From: Octopus bimaculoides
Taxonomy: Eukaryota
Direction of reading: 5' to 3'
Length of the DNA stretch: 64,000 nucleotides
Assembly: GCF_001194135.2 (NCBI RefSeq)
Contig: NC_068996.1
Location: 53,736,994 to 53,800,993 of the forward strand
Shown: positions 1 to 12,199 of the stretch, one piece after another
Position numbering within the stretch: position 1 is the stretch's first letter
How the letters are laid out: each line of letters opens with the position of its first letter
Program-made: the position numbers and the translations under genes
The notes under the pieces: generated by a model
Seen by the model: the letters and a program-made list of their open reading frames with translations, nothing else
What the model was told of the DNA's origin: nothing
The model's database searches: none

Positions 1-1006
1 ACACCGCCTTAAGTTTTAGTCGAACGAATTGACCGCGGTACTTTACTTTTTAATGAATATTACTTATTCGTGGTCCAGCATGGCCGCAGTCAAATGACTG
101 AAACAAGTAAAAGAATAAAAGAATCCTGTTACTCTCGTTTGCCAAACCGCAAAATTACGAGGACGTAAGAAAACTGAACACCAATTGTCAAGCAGTGGCG
201 GTGGGACATTCACATATCCACACTCACATATGTAAACAAACAAGACATACACTATGAATGAGTGACCGATGTTTGCACACACACACACACACGCGCGCAC
301 GCGAGTGAGTGGACAAACGAAAGAAAAAGGCATAGTAAGAGTTACATATATTATTATTTAAAACAGAACGACTCGGTTCCAGCAACTTAAAGTTTCGTAG
401 GTCCCTTTGCAGAAACCTTCGAACAGTTGGTAATCTGAGCAAGAACGAGCTAGGTTTCTATAAGAATCCTACGTAACTCTAAGTCGCATAGAGCCGAATT
501 AAACCGTCTTAAATAATAGTCTTCGTAACGTAGCGGTTCGGTAAAAGTGAACGATAGAATAAGTACTAGGTTTAGAAAAAAAAACAAGTTCTGGGGTCGA
601 CAGCCGCAGCCAAATGAATGAAGGAAGTAAAAGGATGAAAGAAGAGAAAAAAGAATATATATTCACACGACTGGAGATATATTAATTGTTTTACACAAAT
701 TAAGAACATTTATCTGATATCAGCTTTTACTCCTTGTGATATATGGCTACTCATATGCAAACATGGGCTGAGACTGCAGGCTCTACAGTAATTTCGATTT
801 ATGAACAGACAAGTCACGTTTCACGTGGTATGCCTTCGCATGCTCATTACGTTGACCAAAATGCAAACTCAGGCCAAGTGTTTATCGAGTAACCGAAGAG
901 CCTTCCTGATGATTAACAAATCGAGAACTTACTAAATTACGGAGATGTACTTGCATAGCAAGTGACTTGATCTGAGATCGTGTGATGAAACAAAAACAAT
1001 TGCAAC

Positions 1007-1260
1007 GTAGAAGATATTTGTAAGCTATTCGAGAACACACAAAAAACCGTTAGTTTCATTTCAACATTTAATTTTTATTTGTGTCAAAATATGTTCGTCG
1101 CTTTGAAACCGCTATCTGTTCACTGACAAAATTTGATGCAGCGCCAATTTTTGTCGCAGTTTCAAAACGACGAAAATATTTTGATACAAATGAAAATTAA
1201 ATGTTGAAGTGAAACTTACTGTTTTTCGGTGTTTTTGAATGGCTTACAAATATCTTCCAC
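1007..1260. mobile_element. Foldback/MITE-like palindromic element (~254 bp)
   Basis: Left arm gtagaagatatttgtaagctattc...ttcgtcgctttgaaacc is the imperfect reverse complement of right arm gtttcaaaacgacgaa...gaatggcttacaaatatcttccac. Confidence 0.75.
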
Positions 1261-2097
1261 ACTGGAACTTACTAAAGTTTTGCATAGGATTAAACTACAT
1301 TGACATGTAAAGGTAAATTATCTTCTTAGAGCTTACCTTTCAGTAACGACGACTTTATCAGACGTGTTACTTCTTGAACATAAAACATCTATTACCAACA
1401 TGACATCGGCATAAAAACGGTCTTTCCAAATGGATTGCGCCAAAACGGTTACATCCAGTCATCTATTTCCGAGTTGTCTTTTTGTCGGTTGACCACCTGA
1501 TATGTCGTCTGCTCTTTCCATTTGTTCACGTTATGCAGTGTTTTCTGCGCTTCGTATCATTATGAGACTATTTTATCACATACTATTTCCTTTTCCTTAA
1601 TATTTCTTTTAAATATATTTAATAATTAATAAAATAACTAACAAAAACAAAACATTTCAACTACAACTAATGCGTAATAAATGTTAGGTAATAGACATCT
1701 CTCAAAAGATATGCGTACATATTTTATACATTCATACATAAACATATATCTACATAAACATATACATGCATACATGCATGTGTGTCTGTGTTTGCATGTA
1801 TGAATGTATAGCAGGAATCGAACCCGGATCTCTATATCCAAAGAAAAAGAAAACAACAAATAACAGCAACTGAGAATATGAATGCGATTCACTACAATAT
1901 TACCAACATCATAAAAACATCGGACCATTCAAGACTTCGTGTGCTCTCGGATCTGACAACAATTTCATCATTAGCGTGTTTTTCTGAACATGACCACCAC
2001 TATACATCCAGCGCATTTTAGCCGCTACCGACAGAAAACGGACAGCAGACATCAGACCAGACACAAAAGTCGGCAGCCAGTAGTTGATCTTGCTTTA

Positions 2098-2521
2098 TCA
2101 TACCAAGAGCAAGGTCAAGGTTGTCCTTGGGGTTGCAGTTGGAGGTCTCCCTGATGTGGGATCATCTTCCACACTCTCCCTGCCACGCTTCAATTCATTT
2201 ACCCAGCGTTTGACTGTTGCATATGAAGGAGCATTGTCTGTTAAGGTCCTCACCGTATCTTCATGGATTTCTGATGGAGTCATGCCTTTCAAATGAAGGT
2301 ACTTTATGTCAGCACGATACTCAGTTTTCTCCATTTTCCTTGTAAATTTGAAGCTTGTTTATTCAAAAGTCTGTAAAAAAAAAAAAATTATATATATATA
2401 TATCAGAATCATGAAAATGAGCAAAAATACTCCGAAAAGACTGTACTTCCCAGAAAAAATTGTTTCAGCTATCTAGCAGCCCCGTTTCTAGGTTAGGCTC
2501 AAAACTTTTCATACACCCCTC

Positions 2522-2523
<2 letters not shown>
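2098..2523 (-). mobile_element. Mariner transposon 5' remnant (TIR plus N-terminal HTH)
   Basis: [29 protein letters not shown]...[27 protein letters not shown] is a mariner HTH. A TIR-like sequence (cgaggggtgtatgaaaagttttgagcc on the - strand) lies at ~2495-2521. Confidence 0.9.
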
Positions 2524-2552
<29 letters not shown>

Positions 2553-2593
2553 CACACACATAAGCAAACACACACATACATTTCTATGTATAT

Positions 2594-2634
<41 letters not shown>

Positions 2635-2906
2635 CCCGTATATATTTTGAATACCTGAGAACAAGCCGGTAAACATTTGGAGTAATGCCTTAACTATTTG
2701 CAAAGATATACATATACATCTGCACCACCGGATGCTCCTGAACCGGTTGTTGAGTGGTCCCACCCAAGAGGAATCGATGCTAGATGTGACGAAACAATGG
2801 TCGTGATTAATAATAAATTCTCGTATATCCCATCTTTTGTCTGTTATTTGTTATATATACATGTCTATATATAAACACACATGTACACACATAAACACAC
2901 ATATAT

Positions 2907-3132
2907 ACCAGTGGGTGCTGAAAAGTTTCTAGTTTTAGGCAAAAGAAAACACAGGAGGATCAGTTAATTATGATTTTATTCACCATGTTCCCATCTCAGA
3001 TTCACACACTTATTGCAGAAGTCCTTCAGTTTTTCTAAGCTCTGTAAAAAGAACTCGGAAAGTTTGGCTTCCAACCTGGCCTTTATCGATACCCTTAATG
3101 CCAGGTACTCTCCAGCACCCCACCACCTCGTA
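2907..3132. mobile_element. Non-autonomous mariner-type MITE
   Basis: Degenerate inverted ends gtgggtgctgaaaagtttctag and gccaggtactctccagcacccc...cgta; ~225 bp; no ORF. Confidence 0.7.
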
Positions 3133-3336
3133 TGTATGAGAACGTGTACACGACGCTGTGCCTTTCATATTCACGAACAGTTTGCAGTTAAAAACGTTTA
3201 TAGCTTAAGGAAATACGAGGCCATCTGGACTCGCTATTACTTTTGAAGTTAAGTTTTGATCATACAAAAGCGGAGTCTTTAGATGGAAGATTTCACATAT
3301 ATAAATATATATGTGTGTGTGTGTATGATATTTATC

Positions 3337-3368
<32 letters not shown>

Positions 3369-3759
3369 TGTATGTATGTATGTATGGCAAGCCTTCTATG
3401 GTTCCACAGTGTGTCCCTAGCTTTAATACATTACACATTTGTGTCGTACAGTTATATTCCCTTGCGTATTTTGGTCTAGCGTTCATTTTTAACCATGCTC
3501 GCATGGATCAGACGTTAACATTTCCCATGCACAAATTAATTTTCACGCAAGACTAGAAACGAATATACTCATTTACAACCATCAAGTGATGTCAAGACAA
3601 GGGTATAGACCGACACATACGTGTGTATATATGTGTGTGTGTGTGTGTGCGTATATATATTTGTATGTGTGTATATATGTGTGTGTGTGTGTCTATATAT
3701 GCGTATATGTGTGTGTATATGTGCATATGTGAGTATATATATATATATTCATATATAAT

Positions 3760-4405
3760 GTATAAGAAGCTTGCTTCCCAAGAACATGGGCCTGGGTTCA
3801 GTCCCACTTCGTGGCATGTTGGCCAGATGTCTTCTGCTATAGTCTTGAGCCGACCAAAGCCTTGTGAGTGGATTTTGGCAGACGTAAACTGAAAGAAGCC
3901 CGTCGTATATATATATATATATATATATTATTTAAAAGCAGCAGAAATATAACAAAAAAACCGTTACTCTGAGTTTCACGTTCCCGTTCATCGGACAGTT
4001 TTGTTAGAAATGGAGGAAGGATATATATATATATATATATATATGTCCGTGTTTGCCCCCCACCCCCGGCCGTCGCTTGACAACCGATGCCGGTGTGTTT
4101 ATGTCTCCGTAACTTAGTGCGGCAAAAGAGACCGATNNNNNNNNNNGTTTTGTTAGAAATGGAGGAAGGATATATATATATATATATATATATGTCCGTG
4201 TTTGCCCCCCACCCCCGGCCGTCGCTTGACAACCGATGCCGGTGTGTTTATGTCTCCGTAACTTAGTGCGGCAAAAGAGACCGATAGAATAAGTACCAGG
4301 CTTACAAAGAATAAGTCCTGGGGTCGATTTCTTTGACTAAAACCCTTTAAGGCAGTGCTCCAGCATGGCCGCAGTCAAATGACTGAAACAAATAAAAGAA
4401 TAAAA
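3760..4405 (+). mobile_element. Composite tRNA-derived SINE (family B) with internal TA microsatellite
   Basis: Head with B box gggttcagtcccac, body ending gaaagaagcccgtcg, (TA)n, then tail ...ccagcatggccgcagtcaaatgactgaaac. Many copies in the window. Confidence 0.85.
3961..3998 (-). ncRNA. Minimal type I hammerhead ribozyme motif (Penelope-like element type)
   Basis: - strand reads CUGU CCGAUGA ACG-GGAA-CGU GAAA CUC-A-GAG UA ACGG: stem I CUGU/ACGG, core CCGAUGA...GAAA, stem II ACG/CGU, near-loopless stem III CUC/GAG, GUA cleavage triplet. Confidence 0.7.
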
Positions 4406-4427
4406 AACTATATATATATATACACAC

Positions 4428-4560
4428 AACAGGCTTCTTTCAGTTTTCATCAATCAAATCCTGAAATAGAAGACATTTTCCCTCGGTGCCGAGTAGTGGG
4501 ACTGAACTCAAGATTACATAGTCGGGGAGTAAGCGTCTTAACCACACAGCAACACTGCGC
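4428..4560 (-). mobile_element. SINE family B copy
   Basis: Reverse complement of the family B head and body (ttctttcagttt...gggactgaac...ttaaccacacagc). Confidence 0.75.
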
Positions 4561-4742
4561 CTATTTTTGTATAACGTAATCGTTATATGTAAATGTATAT
4601 CTATGTGTGTGTGTGTGCGTATATGTATGAGTGTATGTACTTGTTCGGCCTGAGCAGTGTCCTTAATCTTTACCTGCCGTTCCGGACAGGGGAGAGTGAA
4701 GCCATCAACGTTGCTCTCGAACCCTGGTAAGTTAACATCTGT

Positions 4743-4790
4743 AGGAAGGATATGAACAAGGAAGGATATGAACAAGGAAGCATATGAACA
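4743..4790. repeat. 16-bp tandem repeat x3 (aggaaggatatgaaca)
   Basis: Three units read directly, with one substitution. Confidence 0.9.
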
Positions 4791-5389
4791 AGGGTCGACA
4801 TCACGTGGAGAAGGACTGGACGTTGTGATTGGTGCAGTACCTGGGAGTGGGGTGGGGTTGGACAAAAGAAGGTTAAAGAGAGCAAGGAAGCGAGTGGTTT
4901 GGGAATGCCTGAGTAAAAGTGGCACGATCCCAGTTAATTCTGAGAAACAATGACTATTATAGTAATGATAGAAAAGATAGAGATAGGAGGCGCCACACCT
5001 GTGGACCAGAGCTTGGAGCATGTCCGTATGATGTATGCATCAATGTTTGTTTCTCTCTCTCTCTCTCACTATATACATACGCACATAAATACATACGTGT
5101 GTGTGTGTGTGCGCGTAATCTTGTACAGTTCGATGTGCGGCTGCTACTGTTGTGTTCCACGTAGTTTAGCCTTCCAACGAAAAAAGACCTCTGTGCGGGC
5201 CCACATTCTGCTAAATATAGCAGCCGAATATTCCTGAAATAGTACCATATCCGTCTTAAATTACGGAATGACAGTGAAAATGTAGTTTTGTTTATAAAAC
5301 CAGACGAGATTGTATACATTCGCATACACATAATATAAATACATATACACACACTCATACATGTGTAATGTGCATATCTTTAATTACAG

Positions 5390-5529
5390 GTGAACAATAA
5401 TGGTCACCTGACATTTGAAACGGAGCTGCCGAATTACCAGTCTATGTTAATTATACCAACTGGATTTAAAATGATCGCACCTTTCCTAGCCGATGTTGAT
5501 ACTTCGAGAACTGGAAGAGTCTATTACCG
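5390..5529 (+). CDS. Coding exon A of a NIDO-domain extracellular matrix protein (nidogen/entactin-like)
   Basis: Acceptor tttaattacag|GTG and donor TACCG|gtaagt. Translates VNNNGHLTFETELPNYQSMLIIPTGFKMIAPFLADVDTSRTGRVYY(R), with the NIDO motifs VNxNG and IAPFxADVDT...GRVYYR. Ends in phase 2. Confidence 0.92.
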
Positions 5530-6009
5530 GTAAGTATAATAATATCAATAACAATTATTCTTCTTATAATAGACAAGGTCGATGGACGAAGAGACTACAA
5601 AGGTAAATGACAAAACGATGTAAACTTGATGGGAAACAACTGAAAACAAGCAAAATAAAAGGTGGCATAGAATAATTCGTATGTACGAAGTCATAAACCT
5701 TTGCTTTGACTACCAAAAACTAAGCCTCCTCTCTCAGCTTTGACTATCAAAACCCAAGCCCCCTTCTAGTCTTACAGTCACATAACAGAAGAGACTTGTG
5801 TCAACCAAGCTATACTTGCCATTCCTACCCACCATACAGTGAATTTATTGGCGGACTTCCTTCCGCGCCCTTACCTTTCCTTTCCAGGGGTACTTGAAGC
5901 TGATGAGGCTTTACTGGAAGACGAAAATTCTTGTGTCAGTTCTTTCCACCTTCTCCAGCATATTACCCCTTTCGCTGAGGATCATTATAATAAATAAAAA
6001 ATAAATGCT

Positions 6010-6252
6010 CCTTTTAAAGCCTAGCTAGACTCATGGGCCCGGTTTCCCGGTTTCAATGGCGTATGTGTTCCCCAGCTGGACGGGACGCCAGTCCATCGCA
6101 GCGTGACTCATTTTTGCCAGCTGAGTGGACTGCAGCAATGTGAAATGAAGTGTTTTGCTCAAGAACACAATGCGTCGCCTGGTCCAGGAATCGAAACCAC
6201 AATCTTACGATCATGGTGCTGACACCCTGACCACTAAGCCACGCGCCTCCAC
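6010..6252 (-). mobile_element. tRNA-derived SINE (family C)
   Basis: - strand head ggcgcgtggcttagtggtcagggtg...ggtttcgattcc, followed by cttgagcaaaacac...ccactcagctggcaaaaatgag and gatggactggcgtcccgtccag. Confidence 0.85.
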
Positions 6253-7559
6253 TCATCACAATAAACTCAATTGATATTCGGTTCCTCCTAAATGTCAACA
6301 GCTGTGCCACATCACTTTACAAATCAGCCGTGTTCATTCATTCCATGCTTTCGTAGCTTTCCGTGTATGCTCCAGCAGAAACACCATTACCCTTCTTTTA
6401 GAATTCAAGAGATGTCGTTTCGCAGACCGTATTGCCGAACGGTAGAGAATTGTCAGTGCTTGGCAGCGTTCCTGATAGCAGACAGCCTGTCGTGATCGAC
6501 GCTTGACCCATGACTGCAGTTACGTCAAAGGGAGGAGCTATGGAAACACGTACCTGAGTAAAGGCGACCACACCTGTTTATTGCGTAAGAATCTCTGTAA
6601 ATGTTGGTAGTAGTCAGGCAATCTGACCGGAGGATCCCTCTCAACCCTTCCATTATTATTGGTTCTGGATTTAATTCTATATTCACATTTTGAAATCTTT
6701 CAGATCTACTTCACGATTTTTATATTTTTTTTTTAAGCTAGGATTTTTGTAATTAGGAATCAAGATGTTTATTTGAAGAAATACATTTTCATTTGTGGCT
6801 TTGATGATAATAACTGTGAGGTTTATTTTGATTTCCTCAGTTCGGATATACATGACCCAGATTGTCGAAGCCAGGTCGTTTATTGCATACTAAATTTGGT
6901 ACACACACACACACTTATATAATTTCCTCTCAGTTTTCATGTCGAAAGGTCGGCATATTGCCAATACATATATCTACCAATCGTGTCATGTAAATGCATA
7001 TATATTCTGACACTACAATGTCTAGACAACCACAAATGACGTTGCCAGTCGTTTCTTTAACACTACATATTTAACAGTAGATGTTATCCTTTTATTTCAT
7101 TATTCAGCTTTCGTAGTTTTGTGTGACAAGACGTTCATTGCTTTTCTGCCTTTATTTCAGAGTTTTTTTTTTAAAGACATTATTGGTTTTTGTTTTCACT
7201 TACTTATCTACTCTGTTGAGTTTATTATATTTGTCAACAGTTTTATTTTCGAAATGTGCTTAAACAAGAGCTGCTTTCTCTGCTTTGAATACATGCAAAG
7301 TTTTGTTCTGGTTTTGCATTTTCTATTGCATTGGCTGTGTTTACGTAAAAAGCGCATGGGTGCAGTACTGCCATTTTCTTTATTTCCCGTATATGTTTAC
7401 ATACCGGAATTTTGATTTATATATATTTACCTGGAATTTATAAATCATTCTCAAAGTAGTCACTATCTAAGAAATTCTGGTTACCATTACCTCCAGTTCA
7501 ATAAATGTAATTAATGAGAGAGACGGAGGACGGAAGATATCATAAGATCTATTAACTAC

Positions 7560-7601
<42 letters not shown>

Positions 7602-7929
7602 CGTTTTAATTTCTTGAAATTAGTTCTACGTCCCTCTATCTGGCTATTATTTACAGAACGTTATATTCAGATATACTTCCTGATTTTTATATTGAGACAT
7701 ATTTTCAAACATTTCTCCGTGAATTTACAGTCTTCAAAGATTTGTACGTGGATAGCTTATTTCTGAAGAATATTTGTGTGACTTTTCGTTGTGTTTAGCA
7801 ACTTTTTGAAGGAGAATGGCAGTATATATTCTGTCATGCATATATATAACATTGTCACTATTAATACCCTGTTAAAGATGCACATATACAACGCTGAATC
7901 CTTAAAAACCAGTAGATTTGTCCCTTCTT

Positions 7930-9900
7930 TTTTTTTTTTTAACTGTATGGTTAATGTTTTCTGAAAAGTACGAGCAATTTCCGCGAGAGATATTTTCTGA
8001 ACTTCATTTGCGGTAGATATTTCTGTGGTTCGCAATTCCTAACGCCGCTTCTATGAGTATTACCACTATTGAAATATCCAGGTCTTTATAATTAGCAAGT
8101 TTTTCAAATTCTTTCACCGAAATGTTTTGTCATTTGGACTGCCCTCATCAATTAGTAACACATGATGCGGCTCTGTTGTCTTTAATGATGTTTGGTTGGT
8201 TTGCTCTTATTTCTTTGTTCTACGTATTTGCATATCCCAGGCAATTTTCCTTTCCTCCCCATAATCTCTGTGACACTTTTATATAATTTTCATCCAACGG
8301 CTGGTGACTTCCATTTCCTTGTATATCTTCCAAAGAACGTATGTAGCAATCATGTCATGTGTTCTGATACATTCTGACGTGTACAGTGCAAGGAATCCAG
8401 CTAGTAAGTGTCTGATGCCCTCACCGGTTTTGTCACATAGAGGCATTCAAGCTTGGTATTCTGTTTCTGAATACATCTCTGGCAATATCTAGTTTGGCGA
8501 TGTTAATCTGCATATATAATTACCAATCACTTCCCTTTTCTTGCCCTTTAGTCGGCTGGGTGTTGTATCAAACTCCTGCGGTATTCATTTTTTCAATTTC
8601 TTTCGTCTTTTAATTCTTTAACTCATTTGCTGTTTCTCTCCCTTTTCTAGAATTTATGCGTATTTAGTGCTTGTGGTTTTTGACAAATAAATCGGCAAAG
8701 AACCATTTTAATGATTTCTGTGTTTCACTGTAGATGTCACTTTTGTTTTTGCAATGTTAGTATTATCTTGTAGCAGAAAAATGCTGTATTTTTATTAGAG
8801 GTGTGTATGTACTCAAATTGTAATTGACTATTCCATCTCAAATAATAGGAGGTTTCTTCTTGTTTTTATATTCTTGTTTACTACACCAAAGCTGTAAGAT
8901 TTATCTTTTTGCTGGATTCTTAAGCTATCAGATGCTTCCGTTTTATTTTGCGAATTGCGTTCGCTTTTTAGGATCATCCTATTTTATGAGATTCACTCCT
9001 TTTGGATTAGTTTATCCACACAAACATGCTGAACCTATTCACCTTCGGTGATACACACGCACACGTAAGCAAGAACCTGATCATTGTTTCTCCCAGCTTT
9101 TGGTTATTCCCTACACAGTTTAGATTTGAACTTAATAGAAAAATAGGCTGACAAAAGAAAAGGGGTTAAAACAAACCCGGAAATATTGCCATTTTTATAG
9201 GAACTTTGTCATGTTGTAGGAGACCTTCCTTATGATCTATTACAATATTTCTTTTATATTTTGGTTTGCTACTTTCAATTGACGTAAGGATCTATGAATG
9301 CAGTACATTTTCATAGTTTTTTTGTCTTTCTGGTGTATCCGGGAAGTATACACATTCTTTTGTTTTTGCATATATTCTAAGATAACCCTGTTTATCATTA
9401 CAGGCTTATAAGTCTTTTCTGCAACACTTCATATGGAAGTTTGTTGATATATCTTCTTACTTAATGCCGTCTATGTAAGGATTCTGAGGAAGTTAGAAAA
9501 ACATGTAATTGGCACCCATTTAGTTTTACGACTATTCATTCGTCTCTGAGGTTTTTGGTAAAAGGATTGGCTTTTATTGCGTCAGCCAATCTTTTTCTTT
9601 TCTTTGCGCTAGGATGGGCTCTATATTACATTATTAAAGCATTTGGCCATATTTCCCTATGTAGAAATTTCAAAGTTTATCCAGTCTTGATGGTTTCTAC
9701 TTCTCTCTCGAGGGCTTTCTTTATAAGGCATTTCAATCTTTCGTAGTTTCACATGATTTAAATCTTCTCTTGCTCTAGGGTTAGATTCATTCTATTTGAA
9801 TTCCCTGTAAAGGGTTTTAGTTTGACTACTAGAAACGCTTTATGTTTAAATTGCTTAATTTGTTTCTCAAACCTCTGTGTTCTTCAACTTCCATCTGTTG
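7930..9900 (-). mobile_element. Decayed R4/Dong-type (RLE) LINE, 3' ~2 kb
   Basis: C-terminus EVQKISLAEIARTFQKTLTIQ*, KEFEKLANYKDL motif and CCHC-region remnants; many stops and frameshifts. Confidence 0.7.
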
Positions 9901-9922
9901 AGTTATGGTTTCTTTTACGACT

Positions 9923-10149
9923 TTAACCCTTTTGTTACCATATTTCTGTTGAGATGCTCCGTGTTTCTTTCTATTTTTAAATATAACAAAGAATTTAGTA
10001 AAATAACTTAGTTATCATTCAGCTAGTGTTAGGAACATAAATTGTGACTAAGGTTTGGTGGAAGATTTTAATTCAGAGCTTTTGAAAACGAGACATTTGT
10101 ACTACAGAGACAGAAGTGGTTTCAGTCGAATTGGTATTAAAAGGGTTAA
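9923..10149. mobile_element. piggyBac-like MITE (family 2)
   Basis: Ends TTAA-CCCTTT and AAAGGG-TTAA; second copy at 43818-44038. Confidence 0.75.
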
Positions 10150-10500
10150 ACTTTTTTGAGCGGCAACATTTTTGCGTTCTTATTATGAGTATTGCTTATC
10201 CTATTTTGATTGCTACAACCGATGTCACGTACTATATTTGCTTAACGATCGTTATTTCGTTATTTATTTGCTTTGTAATAATTTCAGTTGCATGGTTAAT
10301 CGTCTGACTTGGGATCTGCCTTTTAAAATTATGCACTATATTTTACTAGTTTGAAGTATGCATTTAATATGTATAAATTCTGTTTTATTACATTTACTAT
10401 GTATATTAAGTTACTTTATTTATTTATTTATTTACTTATTTATTTATTTATTTATTCCAGTAGAAATCACCATTTCCTATTATTATTTCTTGGTAGTTAC

Positions 10501-10710
10501 GCGGCGAGCTGGCAGAATCGTTAGGACGCCAGGCAAAAGGTTTAACGACATTTCGTCCGTCTTTACATTCTGAGTTCAAATGCCACCGGGGTCGACTTTG
10601 CCTTTCGTCTTAACGAGGTCGATAAAATAATTACCAGTGAAACACTGGAGTTGATGTAATCGATTTACCTCTCCCTCGAAATTGCTGGTTTTATACCAAA
10701 GTTTGAAACC
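10501..10710 (+). mobile_element. tRNA-derived SINE (family A)
   Basis: gcggcgagctggcagaatcgttag (A box)...gagttcaaat (B box)...gtcgactttgcctttc...gtcgataaaataattaccag. Confidence 0.9.
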
Positions 10711-10945
10711 ATTATTTGGTAGAGTCAGATTGGTGTTTTCCATTTTCCCCTTACAGTTTATTTAATCTCTGATAGGTTCAAAGATATGTTGTGTTCTATT
10801 CAGCTTTGGTTCATGTGAGATGTATTATGTAGCGCAAACGATTGTACATCATTATTGTGTTTAATTTTTTTTTTCCCATTCGGTTAAATTAATTTGGTTG
10901 TTACTGTTTTAATCAGCCAAATATGTCTGATAATATTTTCATTGA

Positions 10946-11508
10946 GGGCGAAATGCTTAACAGTGTTTTGTCTGTCATTACGTTCTGAGTTCAAACTCCG
11001 CCGAGGTCGACTTTGCCTTTCATCCTTTCGAGGTCGATAAATTAAGTACCAGTTGCATACTGGGGTCGATCTAATCGACTGGCCACCTCCCCCAAAATTT
11101 CGAGCCTTGTGCCTCGAGTAGAAAAGAATATTATTTTCATTGAAGGACAAATCTCGAGATCGGTTTTTCCTCAAATTTGGTGAAGTCGATTATATGACAG
11201 GTTTAGTTTAAATTAGCTGGCAGAATTGTTAACACGCCGGACGAAATGTTTAGCGACATTTCGACCGTTTTCACGTTATAAATTCAAATGCTGCCGATTT
11301 CGACTTTGCCTTTCATCCTATCGGGGGTCGATAAATAAGTACCATTTGAGTAGCGGGGCGTGGGGTTAATGTCATTGACTTACCCACTCCTCTGAAATTG
11401 CAGGCCTTGTCCCAAAATTTCAAATCAATATGATCTTCATTTAAGAACAAATCTCCGGATCGATTTTCCCTCAAATTTGGTAAATCAGTCACGTGACGTC
11501 TTTAGTTT
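10946..11508 (+). mobile_element. Two family A SINE copies, each followed by the same ~75-bp flank
   Basis: SINEs at ~10946-11129 and ~11214-11428; flanks 11133-11208 and 11433-11508 are homologous. Confidence 0.8.
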
Positions 11509-11774
11509 GACGATAAAGAAGGCTTTTATAAACTTCAAGTCCAGTTCGTTTCTGCCCAACGCGTTTGTTTGTTATTTTAACTTAATTTATGTTCGGTTAT
11601 GATGTTCCGTTTGGTTAAGACTGTTGAATCGTTTATTCTTCTTTGATTCTGAAAATTTTAGGAATCATGTTGCCATAACATTTGATACAAAGATAAACCC
11701 CAAAAGTTTATAATATTGTAGTCTATTATCTCTGGAATTCACTGGCTGAGAACTGCGGGACTCAAAGGTGGGAT

Positions 11775-12155
11775 CTTTTATCTTCGATCTTTTACTAGTT
11801 TCAATCATTAGACTGCGGCCATGTTAGGGCAGCGCCTTGACAAATTTTTAGTTGAATGAATTCATCCCAATACTTATATCGTTTTTAAAGCCTGGTATTT
11901 ATTCTATCGGTCTCTTTTACTGATTACGGGGACATAAACACTCCATCACCCGTTGTCAAGCGGTGGTGGGGATAAATACACACATACATATACGACGGGC
12001 TTCTTTTAGTTTCCATCTACCAAATTCACTTACAAGGTTTCGGTTAGTACGAGGTAATAGTAGAAGATACTTGCCTAAGGTGCCATGCAGTTGGACTGAA
12101 CCCGGAACCATGTAGTTGAGAAGCAAACTTCTTGCTACACAGCCTTGCCTGTACC
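11775..12155 (-). mobile_element. Composite SINE family B
   Basis: Reverse complement of the tail (tactagtttcaatcattagactgcggccatg), short (CA/TA), then body and head. Confidence 0.8.
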
Positions 12156-12199
12156 CCCTATGGAAGATGTTTAATTGAGGTACGGGATAATAGGCTTGT

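Noticed and set aside
1330-1370. Second hammerhead-like motif (- strand ctgataa agt...act gaaa g gta)
   Set aside because: The conserved G8 is mutated and stems I and III do not pair; at best a dead relic.
1-5389. Search for the upstream NIDO-gene exon
   Set aside because: No phase-0-ending exon with nidogen N-terminal features was found; it probably lies before the window.
5896-5942. ctgatga...gaaa hammerhead-like spacing on the + strand
   Set aside because: Stems I-III are not convincingly paired.
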